A stretch of DNA of 64,000 bases from Acidobacteriota bacterium (GCA_029569255.1 JAKQUO010000019.1:23175-87174); one strand, 5' to 3'. Positions 37,682 to 47,190 are shown, numbered from the stretch's first letter. The notes: generated by a model not told the origin, from the letters alone. A program made the numbers and translations.

Positions 37682-38425
37682 ATGACCTTCCTCGAGCACC
37701 TCGAGGACCTCCGGAAGCGGCTCTTCTACTCGGTCCTCGCCCTCATCGCCGGGTTCGTGCCCGGCTGGATCTTCTCCAAGGACATCTACGCCGTCCTGGC
37801 CCGGCCGGTGACGCGCTATCTCCCCGAGGGCACGAAGCTGGCCTTCACCAGCCTGACCGCGCCCTTCATGCTCTACATCAAGGTCGCTTTCCTCGGCTCG
37901 ATCTTCCTGATGTCCCCCTTCGTCTTCCTCCAGGTCTGGTACTTCGTCGCCCCGGGCCTCTACCAGAAGGAGAGGAAGTACGTCGTCCCCTTCGTCCTGA
38001 TGACGACCTTCTTTTTCTCGCTCGGGGCCGTCTTCGGCTACTTCATCGTCTTCCCCTGGGCCTGCCGCTTTTTCCTGGCCATCGCCTCGGATTTCCAGCC
38101 GGTCATCACCGTCGACCAGTACTTCGGCCTGGCCCTGAAGGTCCTGCTGGGCATCGCCGTCGTCTTCGAGCTGCCGACGCTCGTCTTCTTCCTGGCCAAG
38201 ATGGGCCTGGTCACGGCCGGCTGGATGGTCCGGAATTTCAAGTACGCCGTCCTCGTCGTCTTCATCGTCGCCGCCGTGATCACGCCGACGCCCGACGTCG
38301 TCACCCAGAGCATCGTGGCCGTCCCGATGCTGGTCCTGTACGGGCTGAGCATCCTGATCGCGCTGGCCGTCGGCCGGGGCAAGGAGCGCAAGCGGCGGGC
38401 CGGGGACGCCGGGCCGGCCGGATGA
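37682..38425 (+). CDS. tatC: Twin-arginine translocase subunit TatC
   Basis: Six TM helices, with the TatC signatures LEHLEDLRKRL and FFFSLGAVFGYFIVFP. Confidence 0.85.
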   Translation: MTFLEHLEDLRKRLFYSVLALIAGFVPGWIFSKDIYAVLARPVTRYLPEGTKLAFTSLTAPFMLYIKVAFLGSIFLMSPFVFLQVWYFVAPGLYQKERKYVVPFVLMTTFFFSLGAVFGYFIVFPWACRFFLAIASDFQPVITVDQYFGLALKVLLGIAVVFELPTLVFFLAKMGLVTAGWMVRNFKYAVLVVFIVAAVITPTPDVVTQSIVAVPMLVLYGLSILIALAVGRGKERKRRAGDAGPAG

Positions 38426-38598
38426 CGGGAGAGGCGCGGCGGCGGGAAGGAGCGCGGCGAGGCCATGGACGGACGCCAGAACATCGACGGGGGGCGAGCG
38501 GGGGCCGCGGCCACGCCCGGGCCGGCGGGCGAGGTCCCGGCCGCCTCCCGCGGGGAATGCGCCCGGGCCGTCCCGGCCCTGCCGAGGGTCCTGAGGAC

Positions 38599-39144
38599 AT
38601 GAACGCGGCGCCGCGTCTCATCGGCCTGACCGGCACGAACGGGGCCGGCAAGGGCGAGGCGGCGGCCTATTTCCGGGGCAAGGGCTACGCCGCCCACTCG
38701 CTCTCCGACGTCATCCGGGACGAGCTGCGCGAGCGGGGCGAGCCGGAGAGCCGGAGCGCCCTCATCCGGACCGGCAACGGGCTCCGGGAGCGCTTCGGGC
38801 CGGACGTCCTGGCCCGGCGCACGATGGCCAAGGTCGGGCCGCGCGAGCGGGCCGTCATCGACAGCGTCCGCAATCTCCGGGAGGTCGCCTATCTGCGGGC
38901 CCAGGGGGACTTCGTCCTGCTGGCCATCGACGCGCCGGTCGAGACGAGGTTCGCCCGTGTCGCGGCGAGGGGGCGGGACGAGTCGGCGCCCGACCTCGAG
39001 GCCTTCCGGAAGAAGGAAGAGCAGGAGCGGGCGGGCGGCGCGTCGGCCCAGCAGCTCGAGGCCTGCATCGCCGCGGCCGACCGGGTCATCGTCAACGACG
39101 GGACGCTCGAGGAATTCCACCGCAAGCTGGAGGAGGTCGCATGA
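38599..39144 (+). CDS. P-loop NTPase, putative small nucleotide/dNMP kinase
   Basis: 181 aa starting at the internal Met. Walker A GLTGTNGAGKG. It is followed directly (4-nt overlap) by dCMP deaminase. Confidence 0.5.
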   Translation: MNAAPRLIGLTGTNGAGKGEAAAYFRGKGYAAHSLSDVIRDELRERGEPESRSALIRTGNGLRERFGPDVLARRTMAKVGPRERAVIDSVRNLREVAYLRAQGDFVLLAIDAPVETRFARVAARGRDESAPDLEAFRKKEEQERAGGASAQQLEACIAAADRVIVNDGTLEEFHRKLEEVA

Positions 39145-39656
39145 CGCCGCAGCGGACGTCCAAGGACGAGTACTATCTGGGCATCGCCCGGGAGGTGTCG
39201 ACCCGGAGCACGTGCTTCCGCCGGGCCATCGGGGCCATCATCGTCCGGGACGACCAGATCATCTCGACGGGCTACGTCGGCGCGCCGCGCAAGACCAAGG
39301 ACAGCCTCGAGCACGGCTACTGCCTCCGGGACAGGCTGGGCGTCCCCCACGGGCAGAGATACGAGCTCTGCCGGAGCGTCCACGCCGAGCAGAACGCCAT
39401 CATCAACGCCGCCCGGGCCGGGGTCAGCCTGCTCGGGGGCGACATGTACATCTACGGCGGCGCGCCGGGGGCCGCGGAGCCGATCAGCGCCGTCCCCTGC
39501 TTCATCTGCAAGAAGATGATCGTCAACTGCGGGCTCGGCCGGGTCGTCTGCTCGAAGGCCGGCGGCGGGACGCTGGTCTTCCGGCTCGAGGACTGGATCC
39601 GCGACTGGCAGGAGCGGGACATCCTCGACGACCAGCGCCAGTACGGGAAGGACTGA
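39141..39656 (+). CDS. dCMP deaminase (CMP/dCMP deaminase zinc-binding family)
   Basis: HAEQNAI plus PCxxC zinc motifs. Confidence 0.8.
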   Translation: MTPQRTSKDEYYLGIAREVSTRSTCFRRAIGAIIVRDDQIISTGYVGAPRKTKDSLEHGYCLRDRLGVPHGQRYELCRSVHAEQNAIINAARAGVSLLGGDMYIYGGAPGAAEPISAVPCFICKKMIVNCGLGRVVCSKAGGGTLVFRLEDWIRDWQERDILDDQRQYGKD

Positions 39657-41881
39657 TGGGGAAGCGGGCCGCGGGGCGGGGATGCCCCCCCCGGAGCGAG
39701 GCGAGGGGAGGGCTTCTGCGCCTGGTCATCATCATCGCCGTCCTCGCGGCCGTCGTCGCGCTCGTGACCGGAAAGGGCCAGGAGAGGACGGCCGGGGGAG
39801 CCCCGGCGAAGGGGCTGCTCGACCTGTTGGGGATCGCGCCCTCGGCGGAGTCGGCCGATTACGTCCGGGCGAAGACCCCGTTCCAGCTCCACACCCTGCT
39901 CACGGAACAGCGCCACCCGAAGACGTGGCGGCTCGGCGAGACGGTCCGCGGGGACACGCTGGCCGGGCTGAGGATGCTCTCCTCGGTCGACGACGACATC
40001 CGGGCCAGGATGGACGGGCTCGCGGCGGCGCCGGAAACGCTCGAGCGGGCGGCTCGGGCGGTCGAGGAGGCCATCGTCGGCGGCCGTAAGGTCTACGTCT
40101 ACGGCTGCGGCGCGACCGGGCGGCTGGCCAAGCAGATGGAGAGCGCTTTCTGGCGCCCGTTCTGGCGCAAGGTCAAGGCGGACCCGACGATCTGGAGACG
40201 CCTCCAGGGACGCATCCCGGCCGGGATCGAGGAGGCCCTCGTCGGCGAGATGACCGGCGGCGACCGGGCCCTGATCAGCTCCCTCGAGGGCTTCGAGGAC
40301 CTCCAGCTCATCGGCCGGCTCCAGCTCCGGGACCGGGGCGTCGCGCGGGGCGACGTCGTCATCTGCGTCACCGAGGGCGGCGAGACGTCGTCCGTCATCG
40401 GGACCGTCCTGGCGGCCCTGGACCAGTGGCGGGCGGAGCCCGGGGCGGGAGGCGCGGAGGAGAGCCGGAAGCGGCTGTATTTCGTCTACAACAACCCGGA
40501 CGACCGGCTCCTGCCCTTCGAGCGGAGCCGGAGCGTCCTGGCCGAGCCGGGCATCGCCAAGATCAACTTGACGACGGGGCCGCAGGCGATCGCCGGCTCG
40601 ACGCGCATGCAGGCGACGACGATCGAGACCTACGTCCTGGCCGCGGTCGTCGAGACGGCGGTCGAGCGGGCCCTGGCGAGGACGCTGGGGAGGCGCGAGC
40701 TGGCCCGGCTGGGGTTCGCGGGGGGAGCGGCGGCGGAGGGGGTCGCGGACAGGCTCCGGGAGTTCGGGGCCGTCCTCGACGGCGCCCGGGCGGCCCTGCC
40801 GGCGCTGGCGGCGCTGACCGACATGGAGGCGGCGGCCTACGCGGCCGGCCGGTTCTCCACGTACTACGCGGAGAAGGGGCTGATCACCGTCTTCATCGAC
40901 AGCACCGAGCGCAGCCCGACCTTCCGGCTCTACCCCCTCGACACGGTCGGCGAACCGGCGCGCAAGTGCTGGATCCAGGTCTGGACGAGGGCGGGGACGG
41001 CCGCGGCGGCGTGGCGGGCCTTCCTGGGCCGGCCGTTCCGGGGGCTGTCCGAGGCGTTGTACCGCCGGCCCTTCGAGACCGAGGTCGAGGACCCCTACCT
41101 GAGGCGGGCCGCCCTCGAGAGCCTGAAGAGGGCCGGCGACGACCAGGCCGGGCGCTACGATTTCTCGCTGTCGAAAGCCAACCGGGAGAGGCGGGGGCCG
41201 AAGAAGGGGGACCTGTGCGTCCTCGTGGCCCTGAGCCCGGAGGAGACGGAGTTCGAGCTCCCGTCGTCGTCGTTCACCGAGGTCCTGCGGCTGGCCCGCG
41301 AGGGCGGCGCGGACGCGGCCGTGCTGACGGTCACGAACCGGCCGGCCAAGGACTTCCCCAAGCTCGAAGAGAGCGTCCGCCGGCGCTGGACGGGGAAGGG
41401 CGGCCGGCTCGTCGTCGTCCCGGTCCACGTCCGGACGGCCGGCGACGCGTTCGGCGTCCGCCAGCAGACGGCGGCCAAGATGCTCCTCAACGCCCACTCG
41501 ACGGCGGTCATGGCCAAGCTGGGCAAGGTCGTCGGCAACACCATGACCAACGTCAGCCCGAGCAACCTCAAGCTCATCGGGAGGGCGACCTACCTCATCC
41601 AGTCCCACGTCAACGACGTCCTGGCCCGCCCCGAGTGGGTGTCGGCCCACGGAGCGCGCGAGCCGATCACGTACGGCGAGGCCAACGCGGTCCTGTACGA
41701 CTCGATCGCCTTCCTCGCGGGCCGGCCGGCCGAGGCGGGGCAGACGGCCGAGGTCGCCCTGTCGATCGTCCGCATCCTCGAGTCGCTGGGCCGGAAGCGC
41801 GGCGTCGGCCCGGCCGAGGCACTGGAGATCGTCAGGACGGTCAGCCTGAGCGACTACCTCAAGACGGGGTCAAACCTTTAA
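39656..41881 (+). CDS. Membrane-anchored SIS-domain protein (MurQ/GCKR-family-like)
   Basis: 741 aa with an N-terminal TM helix and a SIS-like VYVYGCGATGRLAKQ ... GSTRMQATTIETYVL. Its last five codons and TAA stop (GSNL*) are supplied by the terminal repeat of the adjacent mobile element. Confidence 0.55.
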   Translation: MGKRAAGRGCPPRSEARGGLLRLVIIIAVLAAVVALVTGKGQERTAGGAPAKGLLDLLGIAPSAESADYVRAKTPFQLHTLLTEQRHPKTWRLGETVRGDTLAGLRMLSSVDDDIRARMDGLAAAPETLERAARAVEEAIVGGRKVYVYGCGATGRLAKQMESAFWRPFWRKVKADPTIWRRLQGRIPAGIEEALVGEMTGGDRALISSLEGFEDLQLIGRLQLRDRGVARGDVVICVTEGGETSSVIGTVLAALDQWRAEPGAGGAEESRKRLYFVYNNPDDRLLPFERSRSVLAEPGIAKINLTTGPQAIAGSTRMQATTIETYVLAAVVETAVERALARTLGRRELARLGFAGGAAAEGVADRLREFGAVLDGARAALPALAALTDMEAAAYAAGRFSTYYAEKGLITVFIDSTERSPTFRLYPLDTVGEPARKCWIQVWTRAGTAAAAWRAFLGRPFRGLSEALYRRPFETEVEDPYLRRAALESLKRAGDDQAGRYDFSLSKANRERRGPKKGDLCVLVALSPEETEFELPSSSFTEVLRLAREGGADAAVLTVTNRPAKDFPKLEESVRRRWTGKGGRLVVVPVHVRTAGDAFGVRQQTAAKMLLNAHSTAVMAKLGKVVGNTMTNVSPSNLKLIGRATYLIQSHVNDVLARPEWVSAHGAREPITYGEANAVLYDSIAFLAGRPAEAGQTAEVALSIVRILESLGRKRGVGPAEALEIVRTVSLSDYLKTGSNL

Positions 41882-43212
41882 TTTTTTAATTTTTCCCCGT
41901 CCGTGAGAATCGGGACCCGTTTCGGCGTCTTTATCAAGGGCGGATATCCGTCCCTTGAAAAGCGAGCCTCCCATGTCAAGGCAACCGAGAATCGCGTATC
42001 CAGGCGCCTTCTACCATGTCTATTCCCGGGGAAACCAGAAACAACGGATCTTTTTCTCTGACGAGGATCGAGGCTTCTTCCTGAAGATCCTCAGGGACGC
42101 CCATGAGCGATTCTCGGCCATGTGGCATCTTCTGTGCCTCATGGAAAACCATTATCACCTGGGCTTGGAAACGCCGAAGGCCAATCTCTCCCAGATCATG
42201 CATTTCGTCAACTCGGCCTATTCCATCTACCTGAACACGAAACATGAAAGGTGCGGCCATATTTTCCAGGGGCGATTCAAGGCCATCCTCGTTCAAACCG
42301 GCCTCTACGCCCGGACCCTGACGAAGTACATCCACGCGAATCCCGTCCGGAAGGGCATCGTCGCGAAGCCGGAGGATTTCGAGTGGTCGAGTTGCCGGGT
42401 CTATTTTGGGCTTCGGCAGGCGCCCGCCTGGCTCAGCACGAAAACGATCATGGCTTGTTTCGAAGGCAACGCATCAGCCCTGCGAAAGGAGCACGAGGAT
42501 TATCTCGCTTCCCCGGAAGATCTGTCGTTCAGAGAGCAGCTCAGGTCGGCCGCCAGCGTCGGCATCCTGGGCGACGACGATTTCGTAGACAAGCTCCGCC
42601 GGTCTTTCTTGAAGGAGGCTCTCGAAGCGAACGACGATGAGCTCGGAGGACTCAGGAGGCTCCGGATCAGGCCGGAGCTCGGAAGGATCGCGGACGAGAT
42701 CCACAGAGAGTTGGGGGACAAGAACAAGCTGGCCAGGAAGTGCGCGATCTACTTCGCCCGCCATTACGCCGGCTACAAGCTCAAGGAGATCGGGGAATTC
42801 TACGGGATCGGCCCGGCCGCGGTTTCTATCGCGTTCCACGCCATAGAAAGCACCGTGGCCGCCAACGAAGTCTTGAAAGGCGCTTTCGAAAGAATCAAAG
42901 AACGGCTAACCTGGATTATTCACGAATCGACACGGCTCCCAGATGCGAGGCCCGAGGGGTGAAGCCGTACTCTGCGGCACCGCGAATCCCGAGAACGAAC
43001 GAGATGGGGCCGGTTCGGTTCGCCCGAAGGGTCAAAGCGCCCGGATAAGAATAAGCCCGGCTAATGACCTGAATCGTCGTCGAATCTAGACGTCCCTCAG
43101 ACGCGAAGTCCCGGGGGCGAGAACGAACGGGGCGTTTTATGAATAAACCTGGAAGAGCGGGAATCCGGCATCAAGGAAAAGGAGAAAATTAAACTTTTAA
43201 AGGTTTGACCCC
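41866..43212. mobile_element. 1.35-kb TIR-bounded element carrying a Y1 transposase::DnaA_C gene
   Basis: Left end GGGGTCAAACCTTTAATTTTTTAATTTTTCC. Right end (reverse complement) GGGGTCAAACCTTTAAAAGTTTAATTTTCTCC. The low-GC interior fills the whole space between two convergent stop codons. Confidence 0.65.
41955..42962 (+). CDS. IS200/RAYT-like Y1 (HUH) transposase fused to a DnaA C-terminal-like HTH domain
   Basis: HUH motif MENHYHL, catalytic Tyr region TKYIHANPVRKG, and a C-terminal helix-turn-helix resembling the DnaA domain IV (ARKCAIYFARHYAGYKLKEIGEFYGIGPAAVS). Confidence 0.75.
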   Translation: MKSEPPMSRQPRIAYPGAFYHVYSRGNQKQRIFFSDEDRGFFLKILRDAHERFSAMWHLLCLMENHYHLGLETPKANLSQIMHFVNSAYSIYLNTKHERCGHIFQGRFKAILVQTGLYARTLTKYIHANPVRKGIVAKPEDFEWSSCRVYFGLRQAPAWLSTKTIMACFEGNASALRKEHEDYLASPEDLSFREQLRSAASVGILGDDDFVDKLRRSFLKEALEANDDELGGLRRLRIRPELGRIADEIHRELGDKNKLARKCAIYFARHYAGYKLKEIGEFYGIGPAAVSIAFHAIESTVAANEVLKGAFERIKERLTWIIHESTRLPDARPEG

Positions 43213-43215
43213 TTC

Positions 43216-44319
43216 TTAGGCTTCGAGGCTGTAACAGGGGGCGGCGGCCGGGCGGGGCTTGCGCTTCGGCTTGGCCTTGACCTGGGGGTAGACGAACAGC
43301 TCGCCGGCGTAGTTCCGCAGCACGACCCGCTCGTCGGTGATCGACTGGATGTACTTCGGCAGGACGGGGATCTTGCCGCCGCCGCCGGGCGCGTCGATGC
43401 AGTAGTACGGGACGGCCAGGCCGGACGTCCAGCCGCGCAGGGCCTCCATGATCTCGAGGCCCTTCTCGACCGTCGTCCGCAGGTGCTCGGTCCCGCTCAC
43501 GTAGTCGGCCTGGTAGATGTAGTACGGCCGGACCCGCGCCGCCAGGAGCCTCTGCATGAGCCGGCGCATGACCAGCGGGTCGTCGTTGACGCCCTTGAGC
43601 AGCACCGTCTGGTTGCCGAGCGGGATGCCGGCGTCGGCCAGCAGGCCCAGGGCCCGCGTCGCCTCGGGCGTCAGCTCGTCGGGGTGGTTGAAGTGGACGT
43701 TGACGTAGAGCGGGTGGTACTTCTTGAGCATGGCCGCGAGCTTTTCCGTGACCCGCTGCGGCAGGACGCAGGGCACCCGCGTGCCGACGCGGATGATCTC
43801 GACGTGCGGGACGGCCCGGACGCCCTTGATGACGGCCTCGAGCCGGCGGTCGCTGAGCATGAGCGGGTCGCCGCCGGAGACGATGACGTCCCGGATCTCG
43901 CCGTGGGCCCGGATGTAGGCCAGCCCGTCCTCGATGTAGCGGGGGTGGATCTTGGAGGGATCGCCGACCTTCCTCTTCCGGGTGCAGAAGCGGCAGTAGG
44001 AGGCGCAGCTGTGCGAGACGAGGAAGAGGCACCGGTCGGGGTAGCGGTGGACGATGCTCGGCACCGGGGAGTCGTGGTCTTCCTCGAGCGGGTCGGCGAC
44101 GCCGCTGCCGGTCCTGAGCTCGGCCGGGTCCGGGACCATCTGGCGCCACATGGCGTCCCCGCGCTCCTTGATCAGCCCGGCGTAGTAAGGCGTGATCTGG
44201 ATCTTGAACGTCTTGGCGATCCGCCGGACCTCCTCGACGTCGAGCCCGAACTTCCGGGCGATCTCCTCGGGTTTCCGGAGAGCGCCTCGGAGCGAGCGTT
44301 GCCAGTCGTCCATCTCCAA
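43216..44319 (-). CDS. kamA: Lysine 2,3-aminomutase family radical SAM enzyme (KamA/EpmB-like)
   Basis: CASYCRFCTRK radical SAM motif and KamA-family conserved blocks (IRDVIVSGGDPL, HPLYVNVHFNHP). 367 aa. Confidence 0.8.
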   Translation of the reverse strand: MEMDDWQRSLRGALRKPEEIARKFGLDVEEVRRIAKTFKIQITPYYAGLIKERGDAMWRQMVPDPAELRTGSGVADPLEEDHDSPVPSIVHRYPDRCLFLVSHSCASYCRFCTRKRKVGDPSKIHPRYIEDGLAYIRAHGEIRDVIVSGGDPLMLSDRRLEAVIKGVRAVPHVEIIRVGTRVPCVLPQRVTEKLAAMLKKYHPLYVNVHFNHPDELTPEATRALGLLADAGIPLGNQTVLLKGVNDDPLVMRRLMQRLLAARVRPYYIYQADYVSGTEHLRTTVEKGLEIMEALRGWTSGLAVPYYCIDAPGGGGKIPVLPKYIQSITDERVVLRNYAGELFVYPQVKAKPKRKPRPAAAPCYSLEA

Positions 44320-44323
44320 GCTC

Positions 44324-44797
44324 CTAACGGTGATACTTCGCGTAGATGACGCGGTCGTCGCCGGCCCGGTAGAAATCGGGGACGCGGGCGACTTCCTTGT
44401 ATCCGAGATCGATGTAGAACCGCCGCGTGGCGTGGTATTTCGGCTGGGACGAGGTCTCGATGAAGACGACCCGGCCGTCGCGCCGCCGGACCTCGGCCTC
44501 GAGCCAGCGGACGAGCTCCTTGCCCCGGCCCTTCCCCTGCTCCGCCGGCGCCACGGCCATCCAGTACAGGTCGTAGGCGTCCTCGGCCAGCGGCGTCGGG
44601 CCCCAGGTCATGTAGCCGGCCACTCCCCTCGCGTCGTTCTCGACGACGACGACGCGGTAGTCCGTCTGCTCCGGCCGGCCGAGGTAGATGTCCACGAGCT
44701 CCTCGGCCACGGCCACCTCGGCCTCGGTGAAGAACCCCGTCGCCCGGACGAGCCCGAGGACGGCGTCCTTATCGCGCGCTTCCATCGGCCGGATCAT
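44324..44797 (-). CDS. GNAT family N-acetyltransferase
   Basis: 157 aa with an acetyl-CoA binding motif (QGKGRGKELVRWLE). A 4-nt gap separates it from kamA. Confidence 0.75.
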   Translation of the reverse strand: MIRPMEARDKDAVLGLVRATGFFTEAEVAVAEELVDIYLGRPEQTDYRVVVVENDARGVAGYMTWGPTPLAEDAYDLYWMAVAPAEQGKGRGKELVRWLEAEVRRRDGRVVFIETSSQPKYHATRRFYIDLGYKEVARVPDFYRAGDDRVIYAKYHR

Positions 44798-45803
44798 TGA
44801 CCGTCCTTCTCTTCAGGGCGTTGTCGATCATGGCGCCCCAGAACGCGGCGTATTCGATCCCCGCGGCCGCGAGGGCCCGGGCGTAGCCGGCGTTGGTGCT
44901 GATGTCGGGGTTCGGGTTGACCTCGAGGATGAACGGCCGGCCCCTGGCGTCCATGCGGAAGTCGATCCGGGCGTAGTCGCGGCAGCCCATGGTCCGGAAG
45001 GCCGCCTCGGCCAGGCCCTGCAGCCCGGCCCGCAGCCCGTCGTCGATCGGGGCCGGGCAGACGGGCGGCGTCTTCTGGTAGAGCGGGTGGTCCTCGAACC
45101 ATTTCGCGTCGTAGCCGAGGATGCGCGGCGTGTCCTCGGGCATGGCCGAGAAGTCGATCTCGGAGACCGGCAGGGCCCGGGCCCGGCCGTTCTCCATGAC
45201 CGAGACGTTGAACTCCCGGCCGTCGATGAAGGCCTCGACCAGGACCGGCTGCCGGTAGCTGTCGAGGCAGCGGCGGACCTGGCGGCGCAGCGACTCCTCG
45301 TCGCGGACGACGGACTCGGGGTAGACCCCCAGGCTGGCGTCCTCGGCGTTGGGCTTGACGATGAGCGGGAAGCGCAGCTCGAGCGGCTCCTCGCCGGTCG
45401 TCATGAGCTGGGCCGGGGCCGTCGGCAGCCCGGCCGCCTTGAGCACCGCCTTGGCCCTGAACTTGTCCTGGCAGAGGGCCAGCGTCTTGGCCCCGTTGCC
45501 CGTGAACGAGAGGCCCAGGAGCTCGAACATGCCGGCCACGTTCGACTCCCACTGGGGCCGCCCGTAGTAGCCCTCGCAGAGGTTGACCAGGGCGTCGGGG
45601 TTGAGCTCCCGGACCCGGCTCATGAAGTTGAGCAGGCTCCGCTGGAGCGGGACGAGGGTCGCCCCGAGCCCCAGGCTGAGGACGGCCTCCTGGGCCTGCC
45701 GGGCCATCTCGGCCACGGACTCCTCGGACAAACGCTCGCCCGCCGCCGTCGGTCTCGGTTCGTAGGCGTTGAAGACGATGGCGATCGCGGGGGCAGGGGT
45801 CAT
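44769..45803 (-). CDS. ATP-grasp ligase, D-alanine-D-alanine ligase family
   Basis: 344 aa. Its C-terminal half aligns with the Ddl catalytic region (YDAKWF...RDYARIDFRMD...ILEVNPNPD). Confidence 0.75.
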   Translation of the reverse strand: MTPAPAIAIVFNAYEPRPTAAGERLSEESVAEMARQAQEAVLSLGLGATLVPLQRSLLNFMSRVRELNPDALVNLCEGYYGRPQWESNVAGMFELLGLSFTGNGAKTLALCQDKFRAKAVLKAAGLPTAPAQLMTTGEEPLELRFPLIVKPNAEDASLGVYPESVVRDEESLRRQVRRCLDSYRQPVLVEAFIDGREFNVSVMENGRARALPVSEIDFSAMPEDTPRILGYDAKWFEDHPLYQKTPPVCPAPIDDGLRAGLQGLAEAAFRTMGCRDYARIDFRMDARGRPFILEVNPNPDISTNAGYARALAAAGIEYAAFWGAMIDNALKRRTVNDPADGSAR

Positions 45804-46909
45804 GCGCGATCCGCGTGGACCGCCGGCCGCTCGCTCGCCGCGGGCCGGACGCGCGTCGGACGGAGGCCGCAGCGCTTGCTCGCCTCCTCCACGACCCTGT
45901 GGATCAGGTCCGAATAGGAATACCCGGCGGTCCGGGCCGCCTTGGGCAGGCAGGAGTTGTCCTCGGGGTTGGGCAGGACGCCCGGCAGCGGGTTGACCTC
46001 GAGGATGTTCGGCTCTCCCTTCTCGTCGAGCCGGACGTCGAGCCGGGCCCAGTCCCGGACGCGCAGGACGCGGCAGGTCCGGAGGACGACGGTCTCGATC
46101 TTGGCCGCGAGGACCGCGGGGATGGGCGCCGGGCACTTGAAGATGTCGAGGGGCTTCTCCGGCGTGTCCCACAGCCACTTGGCCTCGTAGGAGTAGACGG
46201 GCGCCGCGCCGGCCGGCAGCTGGGCGTGGTCGATCTCGACGATGGGCAGGACCTCGTAGGCCGGGTCGTTGCCCAGGACGCCGACCGTGAACTCGCGCCC
46301 GGTGAGGAAGCGCTCGACGATCGCGGGCTGGCGGTAGGCCCCGGTGACCTCCTCGACGCGCTCGTAGAGCTCGCCGAGGCTGTGGACGAGGGAGTTGTTC
46401 CTGATGCCCTTGCTCGAGCCCTCGAAGAGGGGCTTGACGATGGCCGGCAGGCGGACGCCGGCCGGGATGGCCGTCGGCGACTCGACGACCCAGAAGGCCG
46501 GGTTGGGGACCCGGTGGTAGGACAGGATCTCCTTGGCCCGCGACTTGTCGAGGCAGATGCCGAGCGTCAGCGGATCGGACCCCGTGTAGGGGATGTCCAG
46601 CATCTCGCAGATCGAGGGGATGTGCGACTCGCGGTTGGGGCCGACGACGCGCTCGGCCATGTTGAAGACGAGGTGCGGCCGCTGGCGTTTCAGCCGGCCG
46701 AAGGCTTTGTCGTCGGACTCGATGAAGACGACCTGGTGCCTCTCCCGGAGAACCTGCCCGACCGCCGCGATCGTCTCGTCCGAGTCGCACTCGGCGAGCA
46801 TGTCCGGCGGCAATGGAGGCTCGTCCTCCTCGCTCTTCGGCGCTTCGGGGCGGGGCGGGAGGGTCGCCTCCATCCCCGCTTTCGAGCTATAGACCAACGC
46901 CACTTTCAT
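45800..46909 (-). CDS. ATP-grasp ligase, D-alanine-D-alanine ligase family (second, paralogous)
   Basis: 369 aa with the same architecture (YSYEAKWLW ... RDWARLDVRLD ... ILEVNPLPG). Overlaps the downstream ATP-grasp gene by 4 nt. Confidence 0.75.
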   Translation of the reverse strand: MKVALVYSSKAGMEATLPPRPEAPKSEEDEPPLPPDMLAECDSDETIAAVGQVLRERHQVVFIESDDKAFGRLKRQRPHLVFNMAERVVGPNRESHIPSICEMLDIPYTGSDPLTLGICLDKSRAKEILSYHRVPNPAFWVVESPTAIPAGVRLPAIVKPLFEGSSKGIRNNSLVHSLGELYERVEEVTGAYRQPAIVERFLTGREFTVGVLGNDPAYEVLPIVEIDHAQLPAGAAPVYSYEAKWLWDTPEKPLDIFKCPAPIPAVLAAKIETVVLRTCRVLRVRDWARLDVRLDEKGEPNILEVNPLPGVLPNPEDNSCLPKAARTAGYSYSDLIHRVVEEASKRCGLRPTRVRPAASERPAVHADRA

Positions 46910-46976
46910 TTCGCTTGCCCTTCCTTCAACCGACGCTCACGCGCGAGAATTCCGTCACGTTCATTTGAATTCATTT

Positions 46977-47007
46977 TCATATATAGACCATTTGAACCAA
47001 TTGTCAA
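46977..47007 (-). promoter_or_regulatory. Near-consensus sigma70-type promoter (TTGACA-N16/18-TATATA/G) about 60 nt upstream of the ATP-grasp/GNAT/KamA operon
   Basis: Read on the minus strand in an AT-rich intergenic patch at 46960-47040. Confidence 0.5.
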
Positions 47008-47190
47008 GTCTTTTGTCGGACGAGACCACTTTTTTTTGTGGAAGAGGCTGCGGCCGCCACCACCGGTAGTGTCATTCGGCGCGGGGCCGCAAAATCGTCC
47101 ACACGGGACCGCCGGCCGGAGCGGCCGGGCGCGGCGCGCGCGTCCGGGGAAAGGGCGAACTGGGAGTTCATGGAGGGGTCCGGGCGGCGC

